Shown in pieces: positions 30,686 through 39,779 of a stretch of DNA of 64,000 nucleotides (positions are counted from its first letter, which is position 1; the number at the start of each line of letters is the position of its first letter). Made by a program: the position numbers and the translations under genes. The DNA is from an uncultured Candidatus Saccharibacteria bacterium (GTDB lineage Bacteria; Patescibacteriota; Minisyncoccia; Phycocordibacterales; SW-6-46-9), in assembly GCA_964534365.1 (NCBI GenBank), contig CAZHOI010000002.1, forward strand, positions 8,138-72,137, written 5' to 3'. The notes beneath the pieces are model-generated. The model made no database searches, was not told the origin of the DNA, and worked only from the letters and a program-made list of their open reading frames with translations.

Positions 30686-31750
30686 TTATTTTAGGTAGCG
30701 CTGAAAAATAGCGGGATTATGGGCATAACGCATGGCAGCGGATTCTTCGACCTGGTTATTTTTTACCAGCTGGGCCAAGGATCGATCCATGTCAATCATA
30801 CCCTGATCCATGCCAGTTTCGATTACCGACCGCAATTCATGGGTGCGTTCATCACGAATCAAGTTGGCTACGGCAGCATTGTTAATTAGCAACTCATAGG
30901 CTGGCACTACACCTGATTCGTTGCTGGGGATTAACCGTTGGGACAAGATACCCGACAGCGCGGCTGACAACTGTGATCGAATTTGGCGTTGTTGACCGGT
31001 CGGAAATACGTCAATAATTCGATCAATAGTTTGCGGGGCGTCGTTTGTATGCAAGGTCGCAAATACCAAGTGACCAGTTTCGGCTGCAGTAATGGCCGAT
31101 GAAATCGTATCCAGATTACGCAGCTCACCCAACATGATTACGTTGGCATCCTGTCGGAATGCCGAATGCAGCGCCTGGTCAAAACCATCAGTATCAAGAC
31201 CAACTTCACGCTGATCAATAATTGATTCTTTTTGCACGTGAATATATTCGATTGGGTCCTCGATAGTCAGAATGTGTTCTTGTCTGGTGGTATTGATTAG
31301 ATCAATCATCGCCGCCAAGGTAGTTGTTTTACCCTGACCGACTGGTCCTACTACTAGAAAGAATCCTTGTTTTTGAAGGGCAAAATCTTTAAGGATCTCG
31401 GGCAAGCCAAGTTCTGATAAAGAAGGAATTTTGCGTGGGATATAGCGCAAAGCGATGCCTACCCCACCACGTTGAATAAAGGCATTACCCCGAAATCTGG
31501 TAATATCATCGGCTGAATACGAATAATCAAGCTCTTTATCTTCTAGGAAGCGGTCTTTTTGTTCTTTGGATAGCATTAGGGTTAAAAACTCCAAAGTATC
31601 ACTGCCGCTAAGCACCGGAAGATTTTGTAATGGGATCAGGGTTCCGGCGACTCGAATAGTAGGATGTCTGCCGATCGAAAAATGAACGTCAGAAGCCGCT
31701 TGCGAACGGACAATCTCGATTATTTGATCTAGTGTCTGTTTGTAGTTCAT
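30686..31750 (-). CDS. pilT: Twitching-motility retraction ATPase PilT
   Basis: Walker A GPVGQGKTTT; PilT-specific GMIDMDRSLAQL region; about 350 aa. Confidence 0.9.
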   Translation of the reverse strand: MNYKQTLDQIIEIVRSQAASDVHFSIGRHPTIRVAGTLIPLQNLPVLSGSDTLEFLTLMLSKEQKDRFLEDKELDYSYSADDITRFRGNAFIQRGGVGIALRYIPRKIPSLSELGLPEILKDFALQKQGFFLVVGPVGQGKTTTLAAMIDLINTTRQEHILTIEDPIEYIHVQKESIIDQREVGLDTDGFDQALHSAFRQDANVIMLGELRNLDTISSAITAAETGHLVFATLHTNDAPQTIDRIIDVFPTGQQRQIRSQLSAALSGILSQRLIPSNESGVVPAYELLINNAAVANLIRDERTHELRSVIETGMDQGMIDMDRSLAQLVKNNQVEESAAMRYAHNPAIFQRYLK

Positions 31751-32863
31751 TTAAATGTTGTGAATGTATTTAAGTGCGAGTCCCGCTGCAACGGCATATT
31801 CAGGACCAGTCTCTACCAGTAGTTTATCAAGAAATTCCGGCGCTTCGGCATTTATGAATGGTTGACAAATAGTTATTTTGGAATCCAATGTTTTTGCAAC
31901 ATATTCTGGCAACCCATATAACAGTGAACCACCCCCGCATAAATAAATAGGCAGTGATTTTTCATCACTAAATTCAGCCCGAACCCGACGAATGTCAGCT
32001 ACAATTTTATCAATTTGTGCTTTTAAAGCATCGCCCACTGGCAATCCATCTAGATCAGCTAATTTTAAATTTCGTTTAAGTTTCTCGGCCTTGGCAAAAT
32101 CAATGCCCAGACTAGTCTGTAACACTTTGCTAAATTCAACCCCACCATTGAGTTTTTTATGAGCCGAAATGATTTTATCACCCTCAATGGCATAAATTTT
32201 AGTATAGCGGGCGCCAATATCAACAATTATAGCCTGATCGACATTGTGACCAATCGCGGAACGCATCACGGAATAGGCTTCCAGTTCGAAATAAGTAACT
32301 GGTAATTCTAGATTATTAAGCACTGTTTTATACGTATCAATTATTTCTTTATTTATCACAAAGGCCAACACATTCCGAGTGACATTGTTTTGAGAAATCG
32401 GTTTAGCATCAGGTTTTTGATCTTGCGGTTTATCAATTACTTGCCAATCAATATAAACCTGTGAAATCGGAACAGGAATTTCGGATTTAAGCCTGGCATG
32501 AACTAGTCTATCGAGCTCGGCATCATTATTGCCAGCTTTTATCTGCAGGGGTACTACCAAAGTGGCAGACAGCGGTATTGCCACCGCGACCGCCTCGGGA
32601 TTATTAATCGGCGTATTGGCTAGCAAAGCGGTTAGAGCCTGTTGTAGTTTGGGGGCATCAAGGTTGGCCACAAATCCAGCGGGTTTTTCAACAAGGGGTC
32701 CCAAGTCTAATTCCCCATAATTACCTAGCTGCACTTTGCCTTTGTCTTCGATGAATTGAACTAGCTTGATCGATGATGACCCTAGTTCGATACCAACCGA
32801 AGTAATCCGATGACCTTGACTGGCTTGTTTAATTGCCTTGAAAAATGATTGCAATTTGGGCAT
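31751..32863 (-). CDS. pilM: Type IV pilus assembly protein PilM (actin-like ATPase fold)
   Basis: N-terminal VGIELGSSSIKLV; ...DIGARYTKIYA...; C-terminal GGGS; head of the pil operon. Confidence 0.85.
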   Translation of the reverse strand: MPKLQSFFKAIKQASQGHRITSVGIELGSSSIKLVQFIEDKGKVQLGNYGELDLGPLVEKPAGFVANLDAPKLQQALTALLANTPINNPEAVAVAIPLSATLVVPLQIKAGNNDAELDRLVHARLKSEIPVPISQVYIDWQVIDKPQDQKPDAKPISQNNVTRNVLAFVINKEIIDTYKTVLNNLELPVTYFELEAYSVMRSAIGHNVDQAIIVDIGARYTKIYAIEGDKIISAHKKLNGGVEFSKVLQTSLGIDFAKAEKLKRNLKLADLDGLPVGDALKAQIDKIVADIRRVRAEFSDEKSLPIYLCGGGSLLYGLPEYVAKTLDSKITICQPFINAEAPEFLDKLLVETGPEYAVAAGLALKYIHNI

Positions 32864-33439
32864 ATGAAAGTGCTAGAATTAATAATAATGATACCACGGA
32901 CTTGGCAAGAGGTGTCGGGTAGTTTGTGTACAAGCCTGGTTCGACCAAATCATTTCTACCTAGTTGATTATCAATACCACCAGAAACTGGTAATTAAAAC
33001 TAAATATAGTTTGAATTTAACTGCGGTAAATCAAATCACCAACCTAATTGCTGACGACCTTAATGTTCAGATTCAGGAACTATATCCGCTGGAGCAAAAT
33101 TGGACGATTACGCCAGTGCCACTATATTGGTTATCACGTTTAAAACGACAATTTTGTTTAAATTCAATTATTTGCAAAAAAGTAGCTCATAGATGTGGTC
33201 TAAATTTTGCCAAACTACTGAGCAATACCTCGCCACAAACCCAAGGTCAGTGCCGTGATCGCGCCTCGCGGATTAAAAACGCCCAGCATAAATTCAAGCT
33301 ACGTCGTCAGATTAAGGTACCACGAAATATTATTATATTTGATGATGTCGTTGCCACTGGATCGACCATGAAGACTTGCGAGAAATTGCTGAGGCAAAAA
33401 GGTGCGAAAAATATTATTTGGTTATCGCTGGCCCATTAG
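32849..33439 (+). CDS. comFC: ComF-family phosphoribosyltransferase-domain protein (ComFC-like competence protein); start likely at an internal Met
   Basis: C-terminal PRTase motif IIIFDDVVATGSTMKTC; divergent from pilM. Confidence 0.65.
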   Translation: MQFGHMKVLELIIMIPRTWQEVSGSLCTSLVRPNHFYLVDYQYHQKLVIKTKYSLNLTAVNQITNLIADDLNVQIQELYPLEQNWTITPVPLYWLSRLKRQFCLNSIICKKVAHRCGLNFAKLLSNTSPQTQGQCRDRASRIKNAQHKFKLRRQIKVPRNIIIFDDVVATGSTMKTCEKLLRQKGAKNIIWLSLAH

Positions 33440-33590
33440 ATACCTTTATATTTGAATAGTTTTAGATATTTTCATCTTGTAAACCTTGTCACACCAGTTT
33501 AGGGTTCGCTATTGCCTCCAGGCGGACTGTGTCCGCCGTAGGGAGCTATGGCGACCGAAGCCAGTGAGTGAGGCCTGCCTTCCGCAGGCA

Positions 33591-33646
33591 GGGATTGGAA
33601 CCCTCGGTACCAATAAAGGTACGCTTCCTTAGCAGGGAAGCCCATT
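33591..33646 (-). pseudogene. Truncated tRNA-Ser-like fragment (anticodon arm, variable arm and T-arm only). It is a 56-nt paralogue of the adjacent tRNA-Ser 3' portion with compensatory changes in the variable-arm stem
   Basis: Identical 23-mer CTTCCTTAGCAGGGAAGCCCATT; variable stem GGTACC/GGTAC versus AGGCC/GGCCT; lacks the acceptor 5' strand and D-arm. Confidence 0.55.
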
Positions 33647-33665
33647 TTTACCCGACACACCAATG

Positions 33666-33752
33666 CGGAGGAAGAGGGATTCGAACCCTCGAGGCCCGTA
33701 AAGGCCTACTTCCTTAGCAGGGAAGCCCATTCGACCGCTCTGGCATTCCTCC
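33666..33752 (-). tRNA. tRNA-Ser (anticodon GCT), class II with long variable arm
   Basis: Minus-strand reading GGAGGAATGCCAGAGCGGTCGAATGGGCTTCCCTGCTAAGGAAG-(long var arm)-CGAGGGTTCGAATCCCTCTTCCTCCG; anticodon loop CT-GCT-AA. Confidence 0.75.
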
Positions 33753-33821
33753 GCATTGGTGTCTGGGCGAGCCACTATACGCAACTCTCCAATGTTGACT
33801 AATATATCGCAACTAAAAACA

Positions 33822-35138
33822 TCAAGCCACTTTAACCTCGAACATTTGCTCTAGCCGACGTATATCAGCTAATAATTTTGAACGATCTGAGTTGTGTAGT
33901 AAAACCTTGGCAATACTACGACCACCATGTTTGGCAAATTTGGCCTTGTCACCTGATCGCGCGGGCTTGGACAGAAATTTAACAAAAGATTCAAGAGTTT
34001 TCATTTTTTGAATCCCCTTGACCGAGGTGATTTTCCCTTCTGATTTTGCATATAGTTTCATTGCAGCGGTATAACCTTTAACCTTGCGCTGAATTATTGG
34101 TTTGCGACCCATTCTAATTCGTAAATCATTTAGACCATAGTCAAAGCCATATGACAATTTATACAAATCATCACGGAACCCCCCAACCCTAGGAGCGACT
34201 TCGATAATCTTCCAGCCAAGTTCAGTCCTTATTAATTCGGCATGCACGGTGGTTGATCGCAAACCCAAAGCATGAACTGCCTTGGCAGCAACCGCTTCCA
34301 TTTTCTCCACGGTGGTTTTTTTTAATTTAGTCGGGGTCATTTGCCGATAACCAAAGTAATCATCGAAACCAATCTGTTTGCCAGTTTTTATATGAACAGG
34401 GGGACAAAAATATGATTTTCCTTTGGAATTAACAAAACAGTCTATGGAATACTGCGATCCTTCCATCAATTCCTCTACCAACAATCCTTCTGGTCCCACC
34501 TTGTCATTTTCACGATGTATTTGCGATAACTTTTTAAAAGACCGCTCTAGGGTTTTTTTAAGCTCTTCGCGATGATACACATTAGTAACCAATAGCGACT
34601 GAGCGAGACCATAGGGTTTAACCACCATTGGATAAGGTACTGTCTTTTCAATCTTGTCCAGCTCATCTTCGCTGACATTTTTTACTTCACGAAATTTGGG
34701 AGTAATTTTTGAATTATGTCTTCGAAAACGTCGACGCATCTGTAATTTATTAACCGACCACAGCAATGATTCTTTGGTTGGTAATTTAACGTATGGAATC
34801 TGAGCCACCAATTCTGCTAGTTTTGGAATATAGCTTTCAGAACGACATATCACCCCAAGAATTTTTCGATCATATGGCAGTAATACCTGTTGTAATTCTC
34901 CTGGGTTAAAAAAGTTTACCCGATGCACATAGTCAAAGTAATGTAGTTTGGCTTGATTGGCGGCTGAAATATTAGAACGATCATGCAATAGAACTAGTTT
35001 AGTTAAATAATTATTAACCTTATTCTCGTTTTTAACAAATTCAGCATAATTTTCAAGCGCTAATTCGGGAACAAATTCAACTATTAGAATATATTTTGAA
35101 GACTTTTCTGACATAGAGACTATATACGCTAACAGCAT
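33822..35138 (-). CDS. ATP-grasp domain enzyme (ligase of unknown substrate)
   Basis: ATP-grasp motifs ...PMVVKPYGLAQSLLV..., LLVEELMEGSQYSIDCF, KIIEVAPRVGGF. Confidence 0.6.
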   Translation of the reverse strand: MLLAYIVSMSEKSSKYILIVEFVPELALENYAEFVKNENKVNNYLTKLVLLHDRSNISAANQAKLHYFDYVHRVNFFNPGELQQVLLPYDRKILGVICRSESYIPKLAELVAQIPYVKLPTKESLLWSVNKLQMRRRFRRHNSKITPKFREVKNVSEDELDKIEKTVPYPMVVKPYGLAQSLLVTNVYHREELKKTLERSFKKLSQIHRENDKVGPEGLLVEELMEGSQYSIDCFVNSKGKSYFCPPVHIKTGKQIGFDDYFGYRQMTPTKLKKTTVEKMEAVAAKAVHALGLRSTTVHAELIRTELGWKIIEVAPRVGGFRDDLYKLSYGFDYGLNDLRIRMGRKPIIQRKVKGYTAAMKLYAKSEGKITSVKGIQKMKTLESFVKFLSKPARSGDKAKFAKHGGRSIAKVLLHNSDRSKLLADIRRLEQMFEVKVA

Positions 35139-35222
35139 TTAGGCTCGTAGTAAAGGGTTGGGCGCAAAAAAATTTACTCGTAAAGTCGTAAAAAGTGGTG
35201 TAGATCGATAAACTACAATTAA

Positions 35223-37409
35223 ATGAATCAGATCACTTCTAAAACTTTGGTTCAGGATTATTTCAAACGTGCTAAACCAGCGACTTTAAAGGGGTTAAAG
35301 CGTTTCGGTATCAACACCCTATCAGATTTGCTATATCATTTTCCTACCCGACACGTCACTATTTCAGGAACCAAGCCGATAAAACAGGCTGAAGTCGGTG
35401 AGGTATTAGTATTGTTTGGCAGTGTCCATAATCTTAAAGCTACCAAGGCCTATCGAAAAAAAACCACAATGGCGACTGCTAGACTGGAAGACGCCACCGG
35501 ATACATTGATCTGGTTTGGTTTAACCAACCATATATAGCCAAAGTGCTAAATGAAGGCTCCACAGTAAAGGTCGAGGGCAAGGTTGCCGAGCGCCGTGGC
35601 AAACCATATTTATCAAACCCTCAATTCGAGGTCATCAAAGAATTGCCTACAATTGCAGGTAATAATTTATTTGCTGAAACTACCCCCAAACCGGCCCGTC
35701 AGAAAATAGATGATAAATTTATTACTACTACCTATTCTGAATCACGAGGTGTTAGTTCCAATTGGATTAGTTTTGCCGTTGAAAAATTGTTTGCAGAAGG
35801 ATTACATCATAAATTGCCAGACCCGATTCCCCTGGCGATCCAGGAAAAACTGCAGTTGCCTGGCCTGGCTAATGCTATGGTATGGCTGCATCATCCCCGC
35901 CAGACCAGTGATGCCCAAGTCGCTCGCAAGCGTTTCGCCTTTCAAGAAATTTTTGCACTACAGGTAATAAATGCCCAAGAACAATATCAACTACAAAGAC
36001 AGCAGGGTTTTGCAGTGGATGATATAGATTTGACACCGGTGCGTGAATCCCTGGGATTTAATCTAACTAACGCGCAACAACGATCGCTTGACGAAATCTT
36101 GCACGACCTTCACCAGCCTCGGCCAATGAACCGACTATTGGAGGGTGATGTCGGATCTGGTAAAACGGCTGTGGCAGCGCAGACTCTGTTTGCCACCACT
36201 CAGTCAACGGCCGGCAAAGACTTTGAAGTCCTACAAGCGGCCATGATGGCTCCAACCGAAATACTAGCAACACAACATTTTGAAAGTTTAATTAATTTAC
36301 TGGCTAAAAGCGGCACGTCAATTGGATTGTTAGTTGGTTCTGGAGCCCGCCTATACCCATCGAAATTAAAACCCAATGATTGGACCAAAATCTCCAAGGC
36401 TCAATTGAAACGTTATGTCGAGCGCGGCGATATTGACATTCTGGTTGGTACTCATGCCCTGATATACAAAACGGTACAATTCAAACGCTTGGCCTTGGTG
36501 ATAATTGACGAACAGCACCGATTTGGAGTCCGGCAACGTCAGGCGCTGGCCCGTAGCAAAGAAGGCCGCTTACCCCATCTGCTGTCAATGACTGCCACCC
36601 CAATTCCTCGTACGCTAGCATTAACAATTTACGGTGATCTGGATTTATCAATCATCGACGAAATGCCCCCAGGACGTAAACCAGTTAAAACACAGCTAAT
36701 TACCGGATCTGATCGTGAGGCAGTTTATCTAAAAATTAGGGCAGAATTAGAAGCTGGCCGACAAGCGTATGTAATTTGTGCCCGTAAAACTGCCAGCGAC
36801 CCTGATTCTGCATCTGCTCTTGATTTAGCATCAGTTGAAGAGACTGCCGAGCGTCTCCAGAATGAGATATTTCCGAATTATTCAATTGGCCAATTACACG
36901 GTTCAATGACACCGAATAAAAAGGAGGCTATTATGCAGCAATTTTTGGATCATGAAATTGATATCTTGGTATCTACTACCGTAGTCGAAGTCGGGGTAAA
37001 TGTTGCCAACGCATCCATTATCCTGATCGAAGATGCCGAGCGTTATGGCCTGTCGCAATTACATCAGCTGCGCGGTCGAGTTCAGCGGTCTAATCATCAA
37101 TCCTTTTGCTATGTCGCCACAAAATCTACATCAGAAAAATCAATTGATCGACTACGCTTGTTCGCTAGTTCGCACAATGGATTTGATTTGGCTGAAGCTG
37201 ATTTGAAACGACGCGGACCGGGAGCATTGATCGGCAAACGACAATCAGGTTTATCAGATACTGCAATGTTGGCCCTGCAAAATAAAAAATTGATTCAAGT
37301 AGCCAGGAAATCAGCCAGCGAATTAATAGCCCAAGATCCTGAACTTAAAAACTACCCGGACCTGGCAAATTATGTCGCTGATATTCGCGCGCAACTGCAT
37401 TTGGAATAG
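35223..37409 (+). CDS. recG: ATP-dependent DNA helicase RecG
   Basis: N-terminal wedge/OB domain; helicase motifs GDVGSGKT, DEQHRFG, SATPIPRTL, QLHGSM, HQLRGRVQR. Confidence 0.9.
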   Translation: MNQITSKTLVQDYFKRAKPATLKGLKRFGINTLSDLLYHFPTRHVTISGTKPIKQAEVGEVLVLFGSVHNLKATKAYRKKTTMATARLEDATGYIDLVWFNQPYIAKVLNEGSTVKVEGKVAERRGKPYLSNPQFEVIKELPTIAGNNLFAETTPKPARQKIDDKFITTTYSESRGVSSNWISFAVEKLFAEGLHHKLPDPIPLAIQEKLQLPGLANAMVWLHHPRQTSDAQVARKRFAFQEIFALQVINAQEQYQLQRQQGFAVDDIDLTPVRESLGFNLTNAQQRSLDEILHDLHQPRPMNRLLEGDVGSGKTAVAAQTLFATTQSTAGKDFEVLQAAMMAPTEILATQHFESLINLLAKSGTSIGLLVGSGARLYPSKLKPNDWTKISKAQLKRYVERGDIDILVGTHALIYKTVQFKRLALVIIDEQHRFGVRQRQALARSKEGRLPHLLSMTATPIPRTLALTIYGDLDLSIIDEMPPGRKPVKTQLITGSDREAVYLKIRAELEAGRQAYVICARKTASDPDSASALDLASVEETAERLQNEIFPNYSIGQLHGSMTPNKKEAIMQQFLDHEIDILVSTTVVEVGVNVANASIILIEDAERYGLSQLHQLRGRVQRSNHQSFCYVATKSTSEKSIDRLRLFASSHNGFDLAEADLKRRGPGALIGKRQSGLSDTAMLALQNKKLIQVARKSASELIAQDPELKNYPDLANYVADIRAQLHLE

Positions 37410-37504
37410 ACTTCATTAATAAAGCTTGTCAACTGTCCCTGGCACCCTTTTCATGGCAGAGGTTACTTTAAAGCTAATTCTTCTCTTTCATAAAAGTCAC
37501 TACG

Positions 37505-37577
37505 TGCGCCCACCAGGACTTGAACCTGGGACCACAGAGGTATAAGCTCTGCGCTCTACCAACTGAGCTATAGGCGC
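37505..37577 (-). tRNA. tRNA with anticodon TAT (predicted tRNA-Ile reading AUA)
   Basis: Minus-strand GCGCCTA-TA-GCTCAGTTGGTAGAGC-G-CAGAG-CTTATAC-CTCTG-TGGTC-CCAGGTTCAAGTCCTGG-TGGGCGC-A; cloverleaf with one G-U in the acceptor stem. Confidence 0.7.
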
Positions 37578-37712
37578 GCGTAACTACTTTTATCTTGATT
37601 AAATTGTCAAGGTCGGTACTTGGACCCTATCCGCAGTTAGGCGGAAGCTAAAGCTATAAACGCTTTAATAAATGAAATAGTACCAAGAAAATTACCGCTT
37701 CGCTCGTCAAGT

Positions 37713-37741
37713 TAAAAACCACCTGTAAAGGTGGTTTTTAA
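37713..37741. terminator. Bidirectional intrinsic terminator AAAAACCACC-TGTAAA-GGTGGTTTTT
   Basis: Perfect 8-bp stem flanked by A-run and T-run. Confidence 0.65.
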
Positions 37742-37756
37742 TTACAAATGCACTTC

Positions 37757-39670
37757 TTAGCGATTCTTTAACTTGTTAAGAATGTCCAGCACATCTTTCA
37801 GCGGTGCGGCCTGCGCATCGTTAGCAGATGTGGCCCCTTGAACCTGACCTTTAGAAGGAGAGGTGCCGACCTGGCCTGGGGTGGCCATAACACAAGTATA
37901 TTTAGTAACTTCATTAACAACATTACCCTTTTGGTTTTTAACACTTATTACCCTACCAGAACTGTCTAGGGCCTGAATCCTAAACTCGAACTCGTAACAG
38001 TAGCCACGTGATTCACCGGCGTTTGGTTTAGTGCCGGTCGAGAGGATGCTTTGATAGACTCGATTGGTGGTAGTCGCCGAGCCATAATAATCTCGACGAT
38101 TGGTGGTAACCAGATATGACGACGCCCCAGCAACATCATTCCAATCCAGGGTCACACCTACACTAGTTCCATCTTGACCATAGGGTTGGGTAGTGGCGGT
38201 TAATTTAGGTTCTGATGGAAGCAAATTTATATCATTAACACTGATAAACCTACTTTTAAGATCTTTGCCAATGGAAGTTACAGATTTACTTTGTCCAGGT
38301 TGTAAATAGTAATCAACATGTTCACCTAGTACAAATCTATATGAACCATTCTGATTAGGTTTAAGTTCCCCATTTAGCCTAAAAGATTCTGTTTGACCTT
38401 CTTTGATAACATAATACAAGCCATCTTTTGAGGCAGTGGTTGATACAAGTCTGTATTTGTCATCTCCCAAATTCTTTGAAGCTCCGTTCTTATTTTCAAA
38501 ATATAAATCAAAAGGATTTGTATCATTTAGCAAATAGACATCTTCCTCAAAGGCACTTAACTCAACTTCAATATCGGCTAATACTACATCATTATTTGCG
38601 CCATCATGATCACTTAGCCAAGATATAGAATCCCAATCAACTAAAGTTAAGCCGGCTATTGCCAGGTTATGTGTTTCGGATTCTGCATAGCCTTTAACCG
38701 GCACCTTAACTGAGATATTTTCTGGCATTATTTCAGCGTATATCTCTTGACCAGATTCATAATTACCTAATTGAGATTCAAACTCTACCAACAATGAAAT
38801 ATCTACATCATCATTCGCGCCAATACGATAATCTACCCCAAAATCGTAAATTGCTACCTCATCATTAATTTGACGATCATGACTACCCTCAAAGTCTCGA
38901 CCGTTTATTTCAAGCCAGGTTTCTGCAATTACATCTCTTGGATCACTATCATCAGTATTAATAACAACTTGCATATAACCTAAATCTACAATGTTACCCG
39001 TATCATTTTCTAAATTAAAAGTAAAAATACCATAGGTATCAGAAGTATTATTTTCTTCTACCAAAATAGTAGAGCTATTAGGATTATTTGAAGATTCAGA
39101 GATTTGCAGTGTGCCATTCGTTGGAACTGGTGGCGGATTTGTTGATCCGCCGGCGCTGTCGATAAAATCATCCATCAGTTCAACTGCCTGATCTAATCTG
39201 CTGGCTAGCAACCTCTTAATCAGAAGATCTAGATCATTACTGAATCCCAGAAACATAAGCATTTGATTAGAATCCTGCACTTTTCCCAAAGCTGCTTCGT
39301 ACAAATCCATATCAGCCTTCTCGTCTTTGGTATAATCAATTACTTCATTTAGAAAATTATTATCAGCCATTCGATCATACATATTGGAAACAGATGATTT
39401 AATTCTGGCGTTTGAACTAGATAATACTTCTTGCGACAAATCATCCAGGTCGTCTGCCAAGTCTTCTAAACGATCTTCGAGTGATCCATCGTCATAGCAG
39501 CCAAGGTCCAAATTACCGCCCAATAGTGAAGCAAATAATTGAGCTTCGACTTTAGTTAAACCAGTAGCTTTTAGCTCTTCACAGCTTAAACCTCCCTGTG
39601 CGGAAGCGCTGGGAACTAATACCATGGCAAATCCAGCCGCGATAAATAGAGTTGATAAAAGATATTTCAT
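37757..39670 (-). CDS. Secreted protein (hypothetical), signal peptide, beta-rich
   Basis: 637 aa; N-terminal signal MKYLLSTLFIAAGFAMVLVPSASA. Confidence 0.5.
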   Translation of the reverse strand: MKYLLSTLFIAAGFAMVLVPSASAQGGLSCEELKATGLTKVEAQLFASLLGGNLDLGCYDDGSLEDRLEDLADDLDDLSQEVLSSSNARIKSSVSNMYDRMADNNFLNEVIDYTKDEKADMDLYEAALGKVQDSNQMLMFLGFSNDLDLLIKRLLASRLDQAVELMDDFIDSAGGSTNPPPVPTNGTLQISESSNNPNSSTILVEENNTSDTYGIFTFNLENDTGNIVDLGYMQVVINTDDSDPRDVIAETWLEINGRDFEGSHDRQINDEVAIYDFGVDYRIGANDDVDISLLVEFESQLGNYESGQEIYAEIMPENISVKVPVKGYAESETHNLAIAGLTLVDWDSISWLSDHDGANNDVVLADIEVELSAFEEDVYLLNDTNPFDLYFENKNGASKNLGDDKYRLVSTTASKDGLYYVIKEGQTESFRLNGELKPNQNGSYRFVLGEHVDYYLQPGQSKSVTSIGKDLKSRFISVNDINLLPSEPKLTATTQPYGQDGTSVGVTLDWNDVAGASSYLVTTNRRDYYGSATTTNRVYQSILSTGTKPNAGESRGYCYEFEFRIQALDSSGRVISVKNQKGNVVNEVTKYTCVMATPGQVGTSPSKGQVQGATSANDAQAAPLKDVLDILNKLKNR

Positions 39671-39779
39671 AATTGATTGAATAGTTAAATAATTTTGTTT
39701 GTAACTGTCAATAAGTATAGACGACCAAAACCGCCCTTTATTACTTGATCAATAACTAAAGTGGATAACTTTTTCCCGA

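Noticed and set aside
32849-32863. Divergent overlap of the comFC and pilM start codons
   Set aside because: It is probably an over-extended comFC ORF. Internal Met codons at residues 6 and 14 give a non-overlapping start.
33480-33590. SRP (4.5S) RNA, because of a GGAAGGCAGG hairpin
   Set aside because: The conserved domain IV motif and the symmetric and asymmetric loops are absent. Only a generic GNRA-like hairpin is present.
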